Positions 56,316-63,427 of a DNA stretch of 64,000 nucleotides are shown here, one piece after another. Numbering within the stretch: the first letter of the stretch is position 1; the number at the start of each line of letters is the position of its first letter. Location of the stretch: assembly GCA_025449535.1 (NCBI GenBank), contig JANWJF010000001.1:485136-549135 (forward strand). The letters run 5' to 3'. The notes under the pieces are model-generated. The model had not been told where the DNA came from. It saw only the letters and a list, made by a program, of their open reading frames with translations, and searched no databases. Source of the DNA: Candidatus Saccharimonadia bacterium. Its GTDB lineage: Bacteria; Patescibacteriota; SICC01. Position numbers and translations under genes: made by a program.

Positions 56316-56816
56316 ATGGATTTGATTGAAAACTTACTCAAGGACAAAATCTTCTGGATTAGTGCCGGGGGAACTTTGGTAGTTGTTGCAGTAGCTGGTG
56401 CTATCGCCATTGCATCGTCTAGTGATAGTACCGATTACGCTTCACTCGTGACCAAAACACCAAGCCCAACTGTTGAACCAACTCCTAAGCCCACGCCTTG
56501 CCTGATTAAAGGGAATATTAGCTTCAATACAGGAGAAAAAATATATCACCTGCCTGGTATGGAGTTTTATGACGAAACGGTCATTGAGTCCGAGAAAGGT
56601 GAAAAGTTATTCTGCACTGAACAACAAGCCGTTAAAGAAGGCTGGCGCAAGGCAAAACCTGCTCCACCTCCCCAAGTTCAACAAGGGTATTACGAGGAGG
56701 GATGTGAGGACTTTGAGACTTTTGAGCAAGCATACGATGCGGGATATGAGTGTAATGACTTACCGAGCGAAGACAATATTGAAGATGAAGAAGGCTACGA
56801 AAATTACGAATACTGA
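56316..56816 (+). CDS. Membrane-anchored protein with an IKGNI..KIYH.PG..FCTE..A...GWR domain (as in thermonuclease-associated C-terminal domains)
   Basis: Recognisable motif; markedly AT-richer than flanks. Confidence 0.8.
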   Translation: MDLIENLLKDKIFWISAGGTLVVVAVAGAIAIASSSDSTDYASLVTKTPSPTVEPTPKPTPCLIKGNISFNTGEKIYHLPGMEFYDETVIESEKGEKLFCTEQQAVKEGWRKAKPAPPPQVQQGYYEEGCEDFETFEQAYDAGYECNDLPSEDNIEDEEGYENYEY

Positions 56817-56824
56817 CCTTAGTA

Positions 56825-57790
56825 TTAACCTTTCCCGTGAAACTTCTTATGCACCTCCCGCAACTGCGGGTTGGTGACGTGGGTGTAGACCTGGGTGGTC
56901 GTGATCGAGGCGTGCCCGAGCATCTGCTGGACGGACCGGATGTCGGCGCCGTTCCGGAGCAGCCCGGTCGCGAAGCTGTGCCGCAGCGTGTGCGGCGTCA
57001 CGTCCTTCACCAGGCCGGCCGCCGCCGCGTACTTCTTGATGATCCGTTGGATCGACCGCGGCGTGAGCCGGAGGTCGGCGCCATCGGCTTCCTTGGCGGC
57101 ATTGGTTGAGTCGCTGCGGGTGAGCAACGGCTTCATCGCGATCTTCCGTTTCAGTAGATAGGCGCGCAGGTATTCACCGGCGCGGTCGGAGAGGAAGACC
57201 AGCCGTGGCTTGTCGCCTTTGCCGCGCACCATGAACTCGCCGCGTTCGGCGTTCACCTGGTCGGTGTCCAGCGCGCAGAGCTCCGAGACGCGAAGGCCGG
57301 TGGAGTAGAGCAGCTCGAGGATCGCGCGGTCGCGGAAGCTCGTGAACGTGTCCTTGGTGCCGGAGGATTCAAGCAAACGTTCCGTCTCCTCCGGCGTCAG
57401 GAACTCGACGCTGCGGCGCTCGGTCTTGCCGAGCTCGATCTTGTCCGCGGAGAGCGCCTTCACGTCCCGCTTGGCGAGGTACTTGAGCAGCGCGCGGATC
57501 GCGATCACGTGGTAGTTCTGGGTGAGCCGCCCGAGCTCGCCACCTTGCGGGGTCGGTTGGCGGTTCAGCCAGAGCCGGAAGCCCCGGACGGCGTCGATCG
57601 AGATGTTGGACGGCTTGCTGACGCCGTGCTTGGCGCCCCAGGCCGCGAACCGGCCGAGGTAGTGGTCGTAGTTCCGGAGGGTGAGCTTGGAAAGCTGCTT
57701 CTCCACCTCGCAGTACTCGAGGAACTGCGTGATCATCTCCGAGAGCTCGGTCTTCGGGCGGGCTGGTTTTGGTGTCGCTTTTTCCGGCAT
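56825..57790 (-). CDS. xerC: XerC/XerD-type tyrosine recombinase
   Basis: TGLRVSE, GKG.K.R, HTLRHSFAT, LGH..TTQVY; N-terminal core-binding domain; XerC versus XerD not resolvable by eye. Confidence 0.88.
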   Translation of the reverse strand: MPEKATPKPARPKTELSEMITQFLEYCEVEKQLSKLTLRNYDHYLGRFAAWGAKHGVSKPSNISIDAVRGFRLWLNRQPTPQGGELGRLTQNYHVIAIRALLKYLAKRDVKALSADKIELGKTERRSVEFLTPEETERLLESSGTKDTFTSFRDRAILELLYSTGLRVSELCALDTDQVNAERGEFMVRGKGDKPRLVFLSDRAGEYLRAYLLKRKIAMKPLLTRSDSTNAAKEADGADLRLTPRSIQRIIKKYAAAAGLVKDVTPHTLRHSFATGLLRNGADIRSVQQMLGHASITTTQVYTHVTNPQLREVHKKFHGKG

Positions 57791-57819
57791 GCGCCTGCAT
57801 TTTGCGACATATGCGCTGT

Positions 57820-57930
57820 CTTGTCATTCTGAGCGCAGCGAAGAATCCTGCTGGGTTGCCAGATCCTTCGGTCGCGGAGCCTGTCCTGAGCGAACAAAGC
57901 GAGTCGAACGGGCTCCCTCAGGATGACAAG
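57820..57930. repeat. Composite REP-like palindromic element
   Basis: CTTGTCATTCTGAG/CTCAGGATGACAAG ends; inner CGAAGAATC/GATCCTTCG and GGAGCCTG/CGGGCTCC arms. Confidence 0.75.
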
Positions 57931-58022
57931 TACCACCTGGCCAGTCATCTGGGGTGGGGCGGGGTCTCCTAACGGGTCGCAATGACGGCGTTAGAAGACC
58001 CCGCGGGTCCACTCCAGATGAT

Positions 58023-58493
58023 TCAACTTCCTGACTGTTCGTTTCGGGCATCATGCCGGAAGGAAGCGATCAGAGCACCGACCAGTCCGCCGAAGAGGCC
58101 GGTCAGGCCGAGGATGAGCGCACCGCCGCGGCGGAGCCAGGAGCATTCCTTGCGGCGGCCGGAGGTTCTCAGGATGGTTCCCGAGACCAGTCCGGCACCG
58201 AGGATCGCGCCTGCCGTGATGTAGTTCTCGCCGAGCTCGTGTTCCTCACGGACCGTCGACTCTTCGTACTGCTCTTCCTGCGTCGCGGCTTGCCGCTTGT
58301 CGTCGCGGACCACGTTGATCACCAGCCAGGCGTACGCCGCGGAGAGCGCGGTGGTGATGGCGCCGGGAATAAGCATCCAGCGATTGCGGCGGTGCAGGAT
58401 CATGGTGACCAGTCCGCCAGCCAGCCCGGCGCCGCCCGGCAATCCGATCAGCGTGCATTCCCACACGACGGTGTATTCTTTCTTCTTCGTCAC
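58023..58493 (-). CDS. Gly-rich 4-TM protein (two copies of a 2-TM module)
   Basis: SD GGAAGGA; stop TGA is the first triplet of the conserved 3' element. Confidence 0.8.
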   Translation of the reverse strand: MTKKKEYTVVWECTLIGLPGGAGLAGGLVTMILHRRNRWMLIPGAITTALSAAYAWLVINVVRDDKRQAATQEEQYEESTVREEHELGENYITAGAILGAGLVSGTILRTSGRRKECSWLRRGGALILGLTGLFGGLVGALIASFRHDARNEQSGS

Positions 58494-58520
58494 GTCGTCC
58501 TTCCGTAGGGGTTGGTCAGG

Positions 58521-58739
58521 TCACTGCGAGCCCTTGAGGCCGACCACGAAGGCCAGTCCCGCGCTGCCGAGGGCGGAGAGGGTAGTCAGGAAGATTCCCA
58601 ACCGGGTGCGTCCGCGGTCCTTGCTGCGCCGGCCCGAGACGGTCAGTCCCACGCCGGAGGCCAAGGTGCCGCCGAGCCCGAATCCCGCCAGCGAGAAGTC
58701 TCGCGCGGCGGCGAAGCTGCTGGTCTTGAATCCTTTCAT
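58521..58739 (-). CDS. Gly-rich 2-TM protein, 72 aa
   Basis: SD GAAGGGA; SGRR loop shared with paralogs. Confidence 0.75.
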   Translation of the reverse strand: MKGFKTSSFAAARDFSLAGFGLGGTLASGVGLTVSGRRSKDRGRTRLGIFLTTLSALGSAGLAFVVGLKGSQ

Positions 58740-58900
58740 CCAACGGTCCCTTCGGTCGTCTTTTCATCTCTGGAGTGGAGATGGTTGGCCAGGTTGTTAA
58801 CGTCCGTCCGACCCGGCTTACCATCTGGGGTGGGGCGGAGTCTCATAACGTGTCTCAAGAAGAGAGCGTTACGAGACCCCGCGGGTCCACTCCAGATGAT

Positions 58901-59164
58901 TCATCCTTCCAGTTGGGACGTGTGGCGGCGTAGGGCGCGTTTCGCCCAAAGGATTGCGGTGCCGACGGCCCAGGTCAGGATCAGGGACTGGCTGGTGAGC
59001 ATGATGCCTCCGCCGAACAGCCAGTTGTTGTGTCGACGGCCTTTGCGCATCAGCATGATGCCGGCCATGGTGCCGATGATGCCGAGGAGGCCCCAGGGGG
59101 TCATTTCGCGGCGGTAGGTGTTGTATTCCATGGGCGTGAAGCGTGGCGGCGAGTCGTCAGCCAC
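58901..59164 (-). CDS. Gly-rich 2-TM protein, 87 aa
   Basis: SD GAAGGAG; KGRR loop; stop TGA begins the conserved 3' element. Confidence 0.8.
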   Translation of the reverse strand: MADDSPPRFTPMEYNTYRREMTPWGLLGIIGTMAGIMLMRKGRRHNNWLFGGGIMLTSQSLILTWAVGTAILWAKRALRRHTSQLEG

Positions 59165-59206
59165 GGGACTCCTTCCTGTAGTCGTTCCCGGACGGCGAAG
59201 CCGTCC

Positions 59207-59452
59207 CTAGTCGAGGTAGGCCATGAACTCAGCGGTTTTCTCTTCCATGCGGAGTTCTTGGTCGATCGCGAAGCCCAGGCCCAAAAGCAGGGCGACCACG
59301 ATCAGTGAGGCACCTTTGAGGAAGCGCCAGCCTTCGAAGTGAAAGAGACCGGAAAGCATCATCACGAAGCCGGCTCCGCAGCCCGTAGCGGTGGCTGCCG
59401 CGGCTCCCATCGCTTCGTACTCGGGCCGGAGGTCGATCTGTTGTCGTGCCAC
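59207..59452 (-). CDS. Gly-rich 2-TM protein, 81 aa (MARQQIDL..)
   Basis: SD GAAAGGA before GTG 59452; C-terminal part of the ORF-track frame 59207-60109. Confidence 0.75.
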   Translation of the reverse strand: MARQQIDLRPEYEAMGAAAATATGCGAGFVMMLSGLFHFEGWRFLKGASLIVVALLLGLGFAIDQELRMEEKTAEFMAYLD

Positions 59453-59478
59453 GGGGTTCCTTTCGTCGTTGTCAGCGG

Positions 59479-59760
59479 TCACCCGCCGGAAGTTTGATCT
59501 GCGGTCGTGCCGTTCGGGGAGGCGGAATGCTTTGATCCGATTGCGACTCCGCAGAGCAGTGCCAGGCCAGCGCCCAGGAAGTAGAGCCCGCAACCGATGG
59601 CGAAGAGCTTTCCCTCTTCGTCGCCGCTCGATGTCGACACGACCATCAATGCGGTTCCTGTCGCGAAGATCGCTCCGAGGAGAAAGCCGATGATCAGGCA
59701 AAGCTGTCCGGCGAAGGCCTGGTCCCGCTGGTACTCGTCCTTCGTGTAAGTGTCCTTCAT
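59479..59760 (-). CDS. Gly-rich 2-TM protein, 93 aa
   Basis: SD GGAGG; two hydrophobic helices. Confidence 0.8.
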   Translation of the reverse strand: MKDTYTKDEYQRDQAFAGQLCLIIGFLLGAIFATGTALMVVSTSSGDEEGKLFAIGCGLYFLGAGLALLCGVAIGSKHSASPNGTTADQTSGG

Positions 59761-59836
59761 GGCGTTCCTCCGTCAGGGTCGATTTCATCTCTGGAGTGGA
59801 GATGGTAAGCCGGGTTGTTAAGAGACCATTTACCAT

Positions 59837-59865
59837 AGCATAAAAGTCCGCTTCCAGGCTGGCAA
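59837..59865 (-). promoter_or_regulatory. Promoter TTGCCA-N17-TATGCT upstream of cassette 2
   Basis: Near-consensus boxes with a 17-nt spacer, ending ~15 nt before the TTAACAACC start of the frame. Confidence 0.6.
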
Positions 59866-59918
59866 AATGTGCGCTCAGGTGCATAGTAATAAGCAGACAA
59901 GCCGTTACCTTGAGCGCC

Positions 59919-60599
59919 ATGAGAACCCCTGGCACAGAGTTCCGTCCCGACGAACCGGTCCTCCGGGAGGTCCGCCTGGGGATCGAAGGTACCGACCAAA
60001 ACGAAATCGTCTTCTGCGGGATGTCGGAAGGCCGGTACTGCCAGGTAGCGGCGGGGGCAGTGGACTTCCGGATCGAGCCCGCGGACGGCGATACGTACCG
60101 GCTGATCAACCTGCGTACGGGAGAGCTTCACGTGCTGGAATCCGGAAGCCGCCTAGCTCCGTTCCCTTCGCACGACTTTTCCGAGCCGTTCTTCTGGTTG
60201 GACAATGATGAAGGAACCCTCCGGATCGGGAACGCAGAAGAAGGAGAAGCGTCGGTCGTCCGGTTCCCGTACGATCTGCGATTCGAGCTTGTCCACGCGG
60301 GAGTCATCCGGTGTCCCCAGGATAGCGAGCTACGTTCGGAACTGGTCCATTCGTTGTACGAGTACGAGGACCGCGACCTGGACGGGTATTCGGACCGCGA
60401 CTTCGCGTTGCAGCTGTACAAGGAACGGATCATGGACGCCCTGCTGGCGCGCGGGATGGTGACTGCTAGCCGGCTGTTCGATCAGCTCGAGGTAGCGGAA
60501 GCGGAGATCTTGACGATGACACCGGAAGAACGGCGCGAGGTATTCGATGAGGCGTTCCGGGAGATCCGAGGGACCTGCGCCCAGATGGCCGCATCGTAG
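59919..60599 (+). CDS. Hypothetical protein
   Basis: Long ORF; TACCTT 7 nt before ATG 59919. Confidence 0.7.
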   Translation: MRTPGTEFRPDEPVLREVRLGIEGTDQNEIVFCGMSEGRYCQVAAGAVDFRIEPADGDTYRLINLRTGELHVLESGSRLAPFPSHDFSEPFFWLDNDEGTLRIGNAEEGEASVVRFPYDLRFELVHAGVIRCPQDSELRSELVHSLYEYEDRDLDGYSDRDFALQLYKERIMDALLARGMVTASRLFDQLEVAEAEILTMTPEERREVFDEAFREIRGTCAQMAAS

Positions 60600-60746
60600 G
60601 TCCTACGTTTTCGACACATAACAAAAATGCGGAGGGGACCGAAGCCACGGTGTGTGATGTGGCTTCGATCGCCTCCTCCCCGTCCGAAACGTCTTACGAC
60701 GCGGCCGCCCTGGATTGGGCACGGGGTTGCGGGTCTGGGTGTCTGA

Positions 60747-61241
60747 TCAGCTGACCGAGCTTGGTGCTGCTGGCTCGCGTCGCGTGTCAGTTGGTGACGG
60801 CGAGCTGGATTGGATGATCGCCTCCGGAGTGATGTTCTGGAGCTTGCGGTAGAGCCGGAAGCCGGTGGCCCAGTCGAGTGCGATGCAGGCGATGGCGAAC
60901 GGTGCCGCGAACGGCAGGAATTCCGCCTGGACGGGGTATATCGCCATGTCGAGGATTCCGATGGTCATCGAGGTCACGAGTCCAATCGCGATGGCCAGGA
61001 TGCGACGATGAGTGAATGCCGAGAGTGCTATGGCCAAGCCGACCGAGACGATGGTCGTGATCATCAGTACTTCCTGGATGGTTAGCGAGAGCACCATCGT
61101 GCTGAAGCCGCCTTCCCGGGCTTCCATGTCGTACGCGCTCATCAGGTCGCTCAGCAGGAACAGCTGGCTGAACGCCGCGATGGCGACGAGCAAGCCGATG
61201 ATCCAGCTGATCGGGTTGATGCGAAGCTCGAATGACTTCAA
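60747..61241 (-). CDS. 4-TM membrane protein, 164 aa
   Basis: SD AAAGGAGGT before TTG 61241; promoter TTGTAA-N17-TACTTT upstream. Confidence 0.75.
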   Translation of the reverse strand: MKSFELRINPISWIIGLLVAIAAFSQLFLLSDLMSAYDMEAREGGFSTMVLSLTIQEVLMITTIVSVGLAIALSAFTHRRILAIAIGLVTSMTIGILDMAIYPVQAEFLPFAAPFAIACIALDWATGFRLYRKLQNITPEAIIQSSSPSPTDTRREPAAPSSVS

Positions 61242-61367
61242 GCTCCCACCTCCTTTATGTCGAATGTCCGGACAGGAAAAAACTACCGGTTGCTGAAAAA
61301 GTACCACCATAGAGATACTTTTACAATAGTCGCGCGGCAAACCGGCAGGGGACGGTAAGCTAGGTGC

Positions 61368-61922
61368 ATGGACTCCCTGCGCCACCTCGACTACCTGATC
61401 GTGAAAGCCGCCTCGGAGGCGGGCCGGACCGAGCCCTATCGTGACGCTGTCGTCTACTTCTTCGCGGAACTGTTGGCGTACTGGTTCATCCTGGCGGCGA
61501 TCCTGATGTTCATGTCCGGCAAGACGCCGAAGCGGAAGGAACGCGCGCAGGACACGGCCATCGCCGCGATCGGTGCGGTACTGCTGGCAGTCGGGCTGCG
61601 GTGGCTGATCGGCGAGGTCTGGTTCCGCGAGCGTCCGTTCGAGACGCATCAGATTCATCATCTGGACATCGTCTCGCCGAGCGGCAGCTTCCCGAGCCTC
61701 CACGCGATGATGACGTTTGCGTTCGCCTCGACGGTGATGTTCATCGGGACGTTCCCGAAGTGGGGCAAGGTCTTCCTGCTGATTGCGGTACTGGTCGCCG
61801 CTGCGCGGGTCTTCGCCGGCGTGCATTACGTGAGCGACGTGGCCGTCGGCGCGGCGCTCGGCATCGGCATCGGCAAGCTGGTCAGCTGGCAGAGCAAGTC
61901 GCTCGCCCGCGACATGCGCTGA
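61368..61922 (+). CDS. PAP2 family phosphatase (BcrC-like)
   Basis: RERP, SFPSLH, ARVFAGVHY.SD. Confidence 0.92.
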   Translation: MDSLRHLDYLIVKAASEAGRTEPYRDAVVYFFAELLAYWFILAAILMFMSGKTPKRKERAQDTAIAAIGAVLLAVGLRWLIGEVWFRERPFETHQIHHLDIVSPSGSFPSLHAMMTFAFASTVMFIGTFPKWGKVFLLIAVLVAAARVFAGVHYVSDVAVGAALGIGIGKLVSWQSKSLARDMR

Positions 61923-62002
61923 GCACAGGATGTGGGAAAACACCTTGGTTACGCGTAGACTGAGGATGTTCCCAGCTACCTTCACAAAGCGAGGTGAGCA
62001 TC

Positions 62003-62131
62003 ATGATCAAGGGCTGTGGAACGGTGATACTCATCCTCTTTATCTTCATGCTCGCGTTGGTCTACTACATCAACGAGGAGGCAAAGGAGAACGGAGGTAC
62101 TCCGCAGAACATCGAGAGACGGGAGAAGTAG
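62003..62131 (+). CDS. 1-TM peptide, 42 aa (MIKGCGTVILILFIF..; absent from the ORF track)
   Basis: SD GAGGTGA; single hydrophobic helix. Confidence 0.6.
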   Translation: MIKGCGTVILILFIFMLALVYYINEEAKENGGTPQNIERREK

Positions 62132-62133
62132 AT

Positions 62134-62256
62134 ATGGACGCGACCTGCGTCACCGAAACGGCAGTCGACTTGGCTTGCGGCGGGCTGCTCCTCCTGGCCC
62201 TCCTGAGCTTTCCGTCGATGGCCTACTTCGGCCTCATGTACCGGGGCGGCTTCTGA
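62134..62256 (+). CDS. 1-TM peptide, 40 aa (MDATCVTE..)
   Basis: SD GGAG; starts 2 nt after the previous stop; TGATG overlap with the next gene. Confidence 0.55.
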   Translation: MDATCVTETAVDLACGGLLLLALLSFPSMAYFGLMYRGGF

Positions 62257-62630
62257 TGGCCGTCGCGACCGGACGGAAACCCCGACGGACGATTGGGGTC
62301 GAGCCAAGCAAAGACCTGTTTATCTACCGCCTGACGGGCATCCTGCTGGTCGTGCTGTGCCTGACGGTCACGTGGACCCAGGACTTCGGCACGGCCTGGC
62401 GGATGATCCTGACGGCGGTAGCCGTCGTCGTCCTGGCGGCGGTGCTGTACCTGACGGGCCGGCGTGAAGTCGGGTGGTTTTGGCCCGGCCTGGGCCTCGT
62501 CGCCGGGGCATTGGCCATGGCAGGCGTTTGCCTGCAGCCGATCCACATCGCCCAGAAGCTGATCGGTTGGGCGATCCTCGGGTATGCGTGCATACGCATA
62601 GTCGCGGCAACCAAGAGAAAGGAAACCTGA
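62256..62630 (+). CDS. 4-TM membrane protein (MAVATGRK..)
   Basis: Translational coupling; four hydrophobic helices. Confidence 0.75.
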   Translation: MAVATGRKPRRTIGVEPSKDLFIYRLTGILLVVLCLTVTWTQDFGTAWRMILTAVAVVVLAAVLYLTGRREVGWFWPGLGLVAGALAMAGVCLQPIHIAQKLIGWAILGYACIRIVAATKRKET

Positions 62631-62633
62631 ACG

Positions 62634-63110
62634 ATGGGAGACTTGCGCTTCCTGACGAAGGACCGCGAGGAGCGGTCGACCGGTTCCGGGGCGGCCCGGC
62701 GGGAACGGACGTTCGTCCGGATGTCCGCCGTCTGCCTCGCCCTGTTCGGCGCGCTGTTCGTGTTCGGACTCATACTCGGCTCGGCCGGCGAGCAGGAGTG
62801 GGGTAAGCCGGTCGGCTTGTCCGGTTTCGGCTGCCTCGCCTTGGCGGGCGGTCTGTACTGGTATCGCGACCCGTCGCCGGAACGGCGATACGTCGTCCAA
62901 TGGGCGACGTTCCTCGGGTCGTACGTCGTGCTGGCCGCGGGGCTGGCCGCGGGGTGCGGTCTCCTCGGGTCGTTGGACCTTACCGGTCCCTGGGCAGCCC
63001 TGAGGAACATCGCGTTGCTCGCCATGTTGGCGGCGGCGGGGTTCATCGCCCTGGTCCTCCGCGCGAAGTTCGACCCCCGTCTTTCCGACGGGACGGACCC
63101 GTATGCGTGA
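62634..63110 (+). CDS. 4-TM membrane protein
   Basis: SD AAAGGA; four hydrophobic helices. Confidence 0.75.
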   Translation: MGDLRFLTKDREERSTGSGAARRERTFVRMSAVCLALFGALFVFGLILGSAGEQEWGKPVGLSGFGCLALAGGLYWYRDPSPERRYVVQWATFLGSYVVLAAGLAAGCGLLGSLDLTGPWAALRNIALLAMLAAAGFIALVLRAKFDPRLSDGTDPYA

Positions 63111-63324
63111 GCCACGGACGGAAACGTCCCAGGCTCGGAACCCGTTGCTGGTGATCGCGCTGATTCCCGTGCTGATGGCCTGCATCGCCTGCGCCAAGCT
63201 GGCGATCCGGTCGGGGCACCTCGTGCCCGGCATCGGTTCGGCGTCGATCGCCCTCATCACCCTCGGGTCGATGATGTGGTTCTGGTCACGCGCCCTCCGG
63301 CAATCCCCGCGGTTGCCTACTTAA
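63103..63324 (+). CDS. 2-TM membrane protein, 73 aa
   Basis: Overlaps the previous stop; two hydrophobic helices. Confidence 0.65.
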   Translation: MREPRTETSQARNPLLVIALIPVLMACIACAKLAIRSGHLVPGIGSASIALITLGSMMWFWSRALRQSPRLPT

Positions 63325-63380
63325 GCGGTCGTCTGGTATCCCCTCGCGTTGCGAGGAACTCGGATACTGGGCGGCCGCTT
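63323..63380 (+). other. 19-bp RNA hairpin beginning in the stop codon
   Basis: AAGCGGTCGTCTGGTATCC/GGATACTGGGCGGCCGCTT; all four non-WC pairs are G-U on the + strand. Confidence 0.7.
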
Positions 63381-63427
63381 TGCGCTTCCGGCGGCGTTTC
63401 CTCCGGGGAGGGTACACTGGATATCGT

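Larger units (their letters stand above)
57935..58800 (-). repeat. RNA-framed cassette 1 (two ORFs)
   Basis: 58779-58794 is complementary to 57935-57950; both ends are homologous to cassette 2. Confidence 0.85.
58811..59821 (-). repeat. RNA-framed cassette 2 (three ORFs)
   Basis: Perfect 16-bp complementarity between 58811-58826 and 59800-59815. Confidence 0.85.

Noticed and set aside
56825-59821. Integron (integrase plus attC cassettes)
   Set aside because: The recombinase looks like housekeeping XerC/D with no visible IntI-specific insertion. The TAAC..GTTA pair lies inside P3 with only ~16 nt between, unlike attC. Frames also occur far from the recombinase.
57935-59821. Hammerhead ribozyme, retron or MITE reading of the frame
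   Set aside because: No CUGANGA core; no reverse transcriptase or transposase in the window; no target-site duplication seen. Retron-like or mobile roles stay only as hypotheses.
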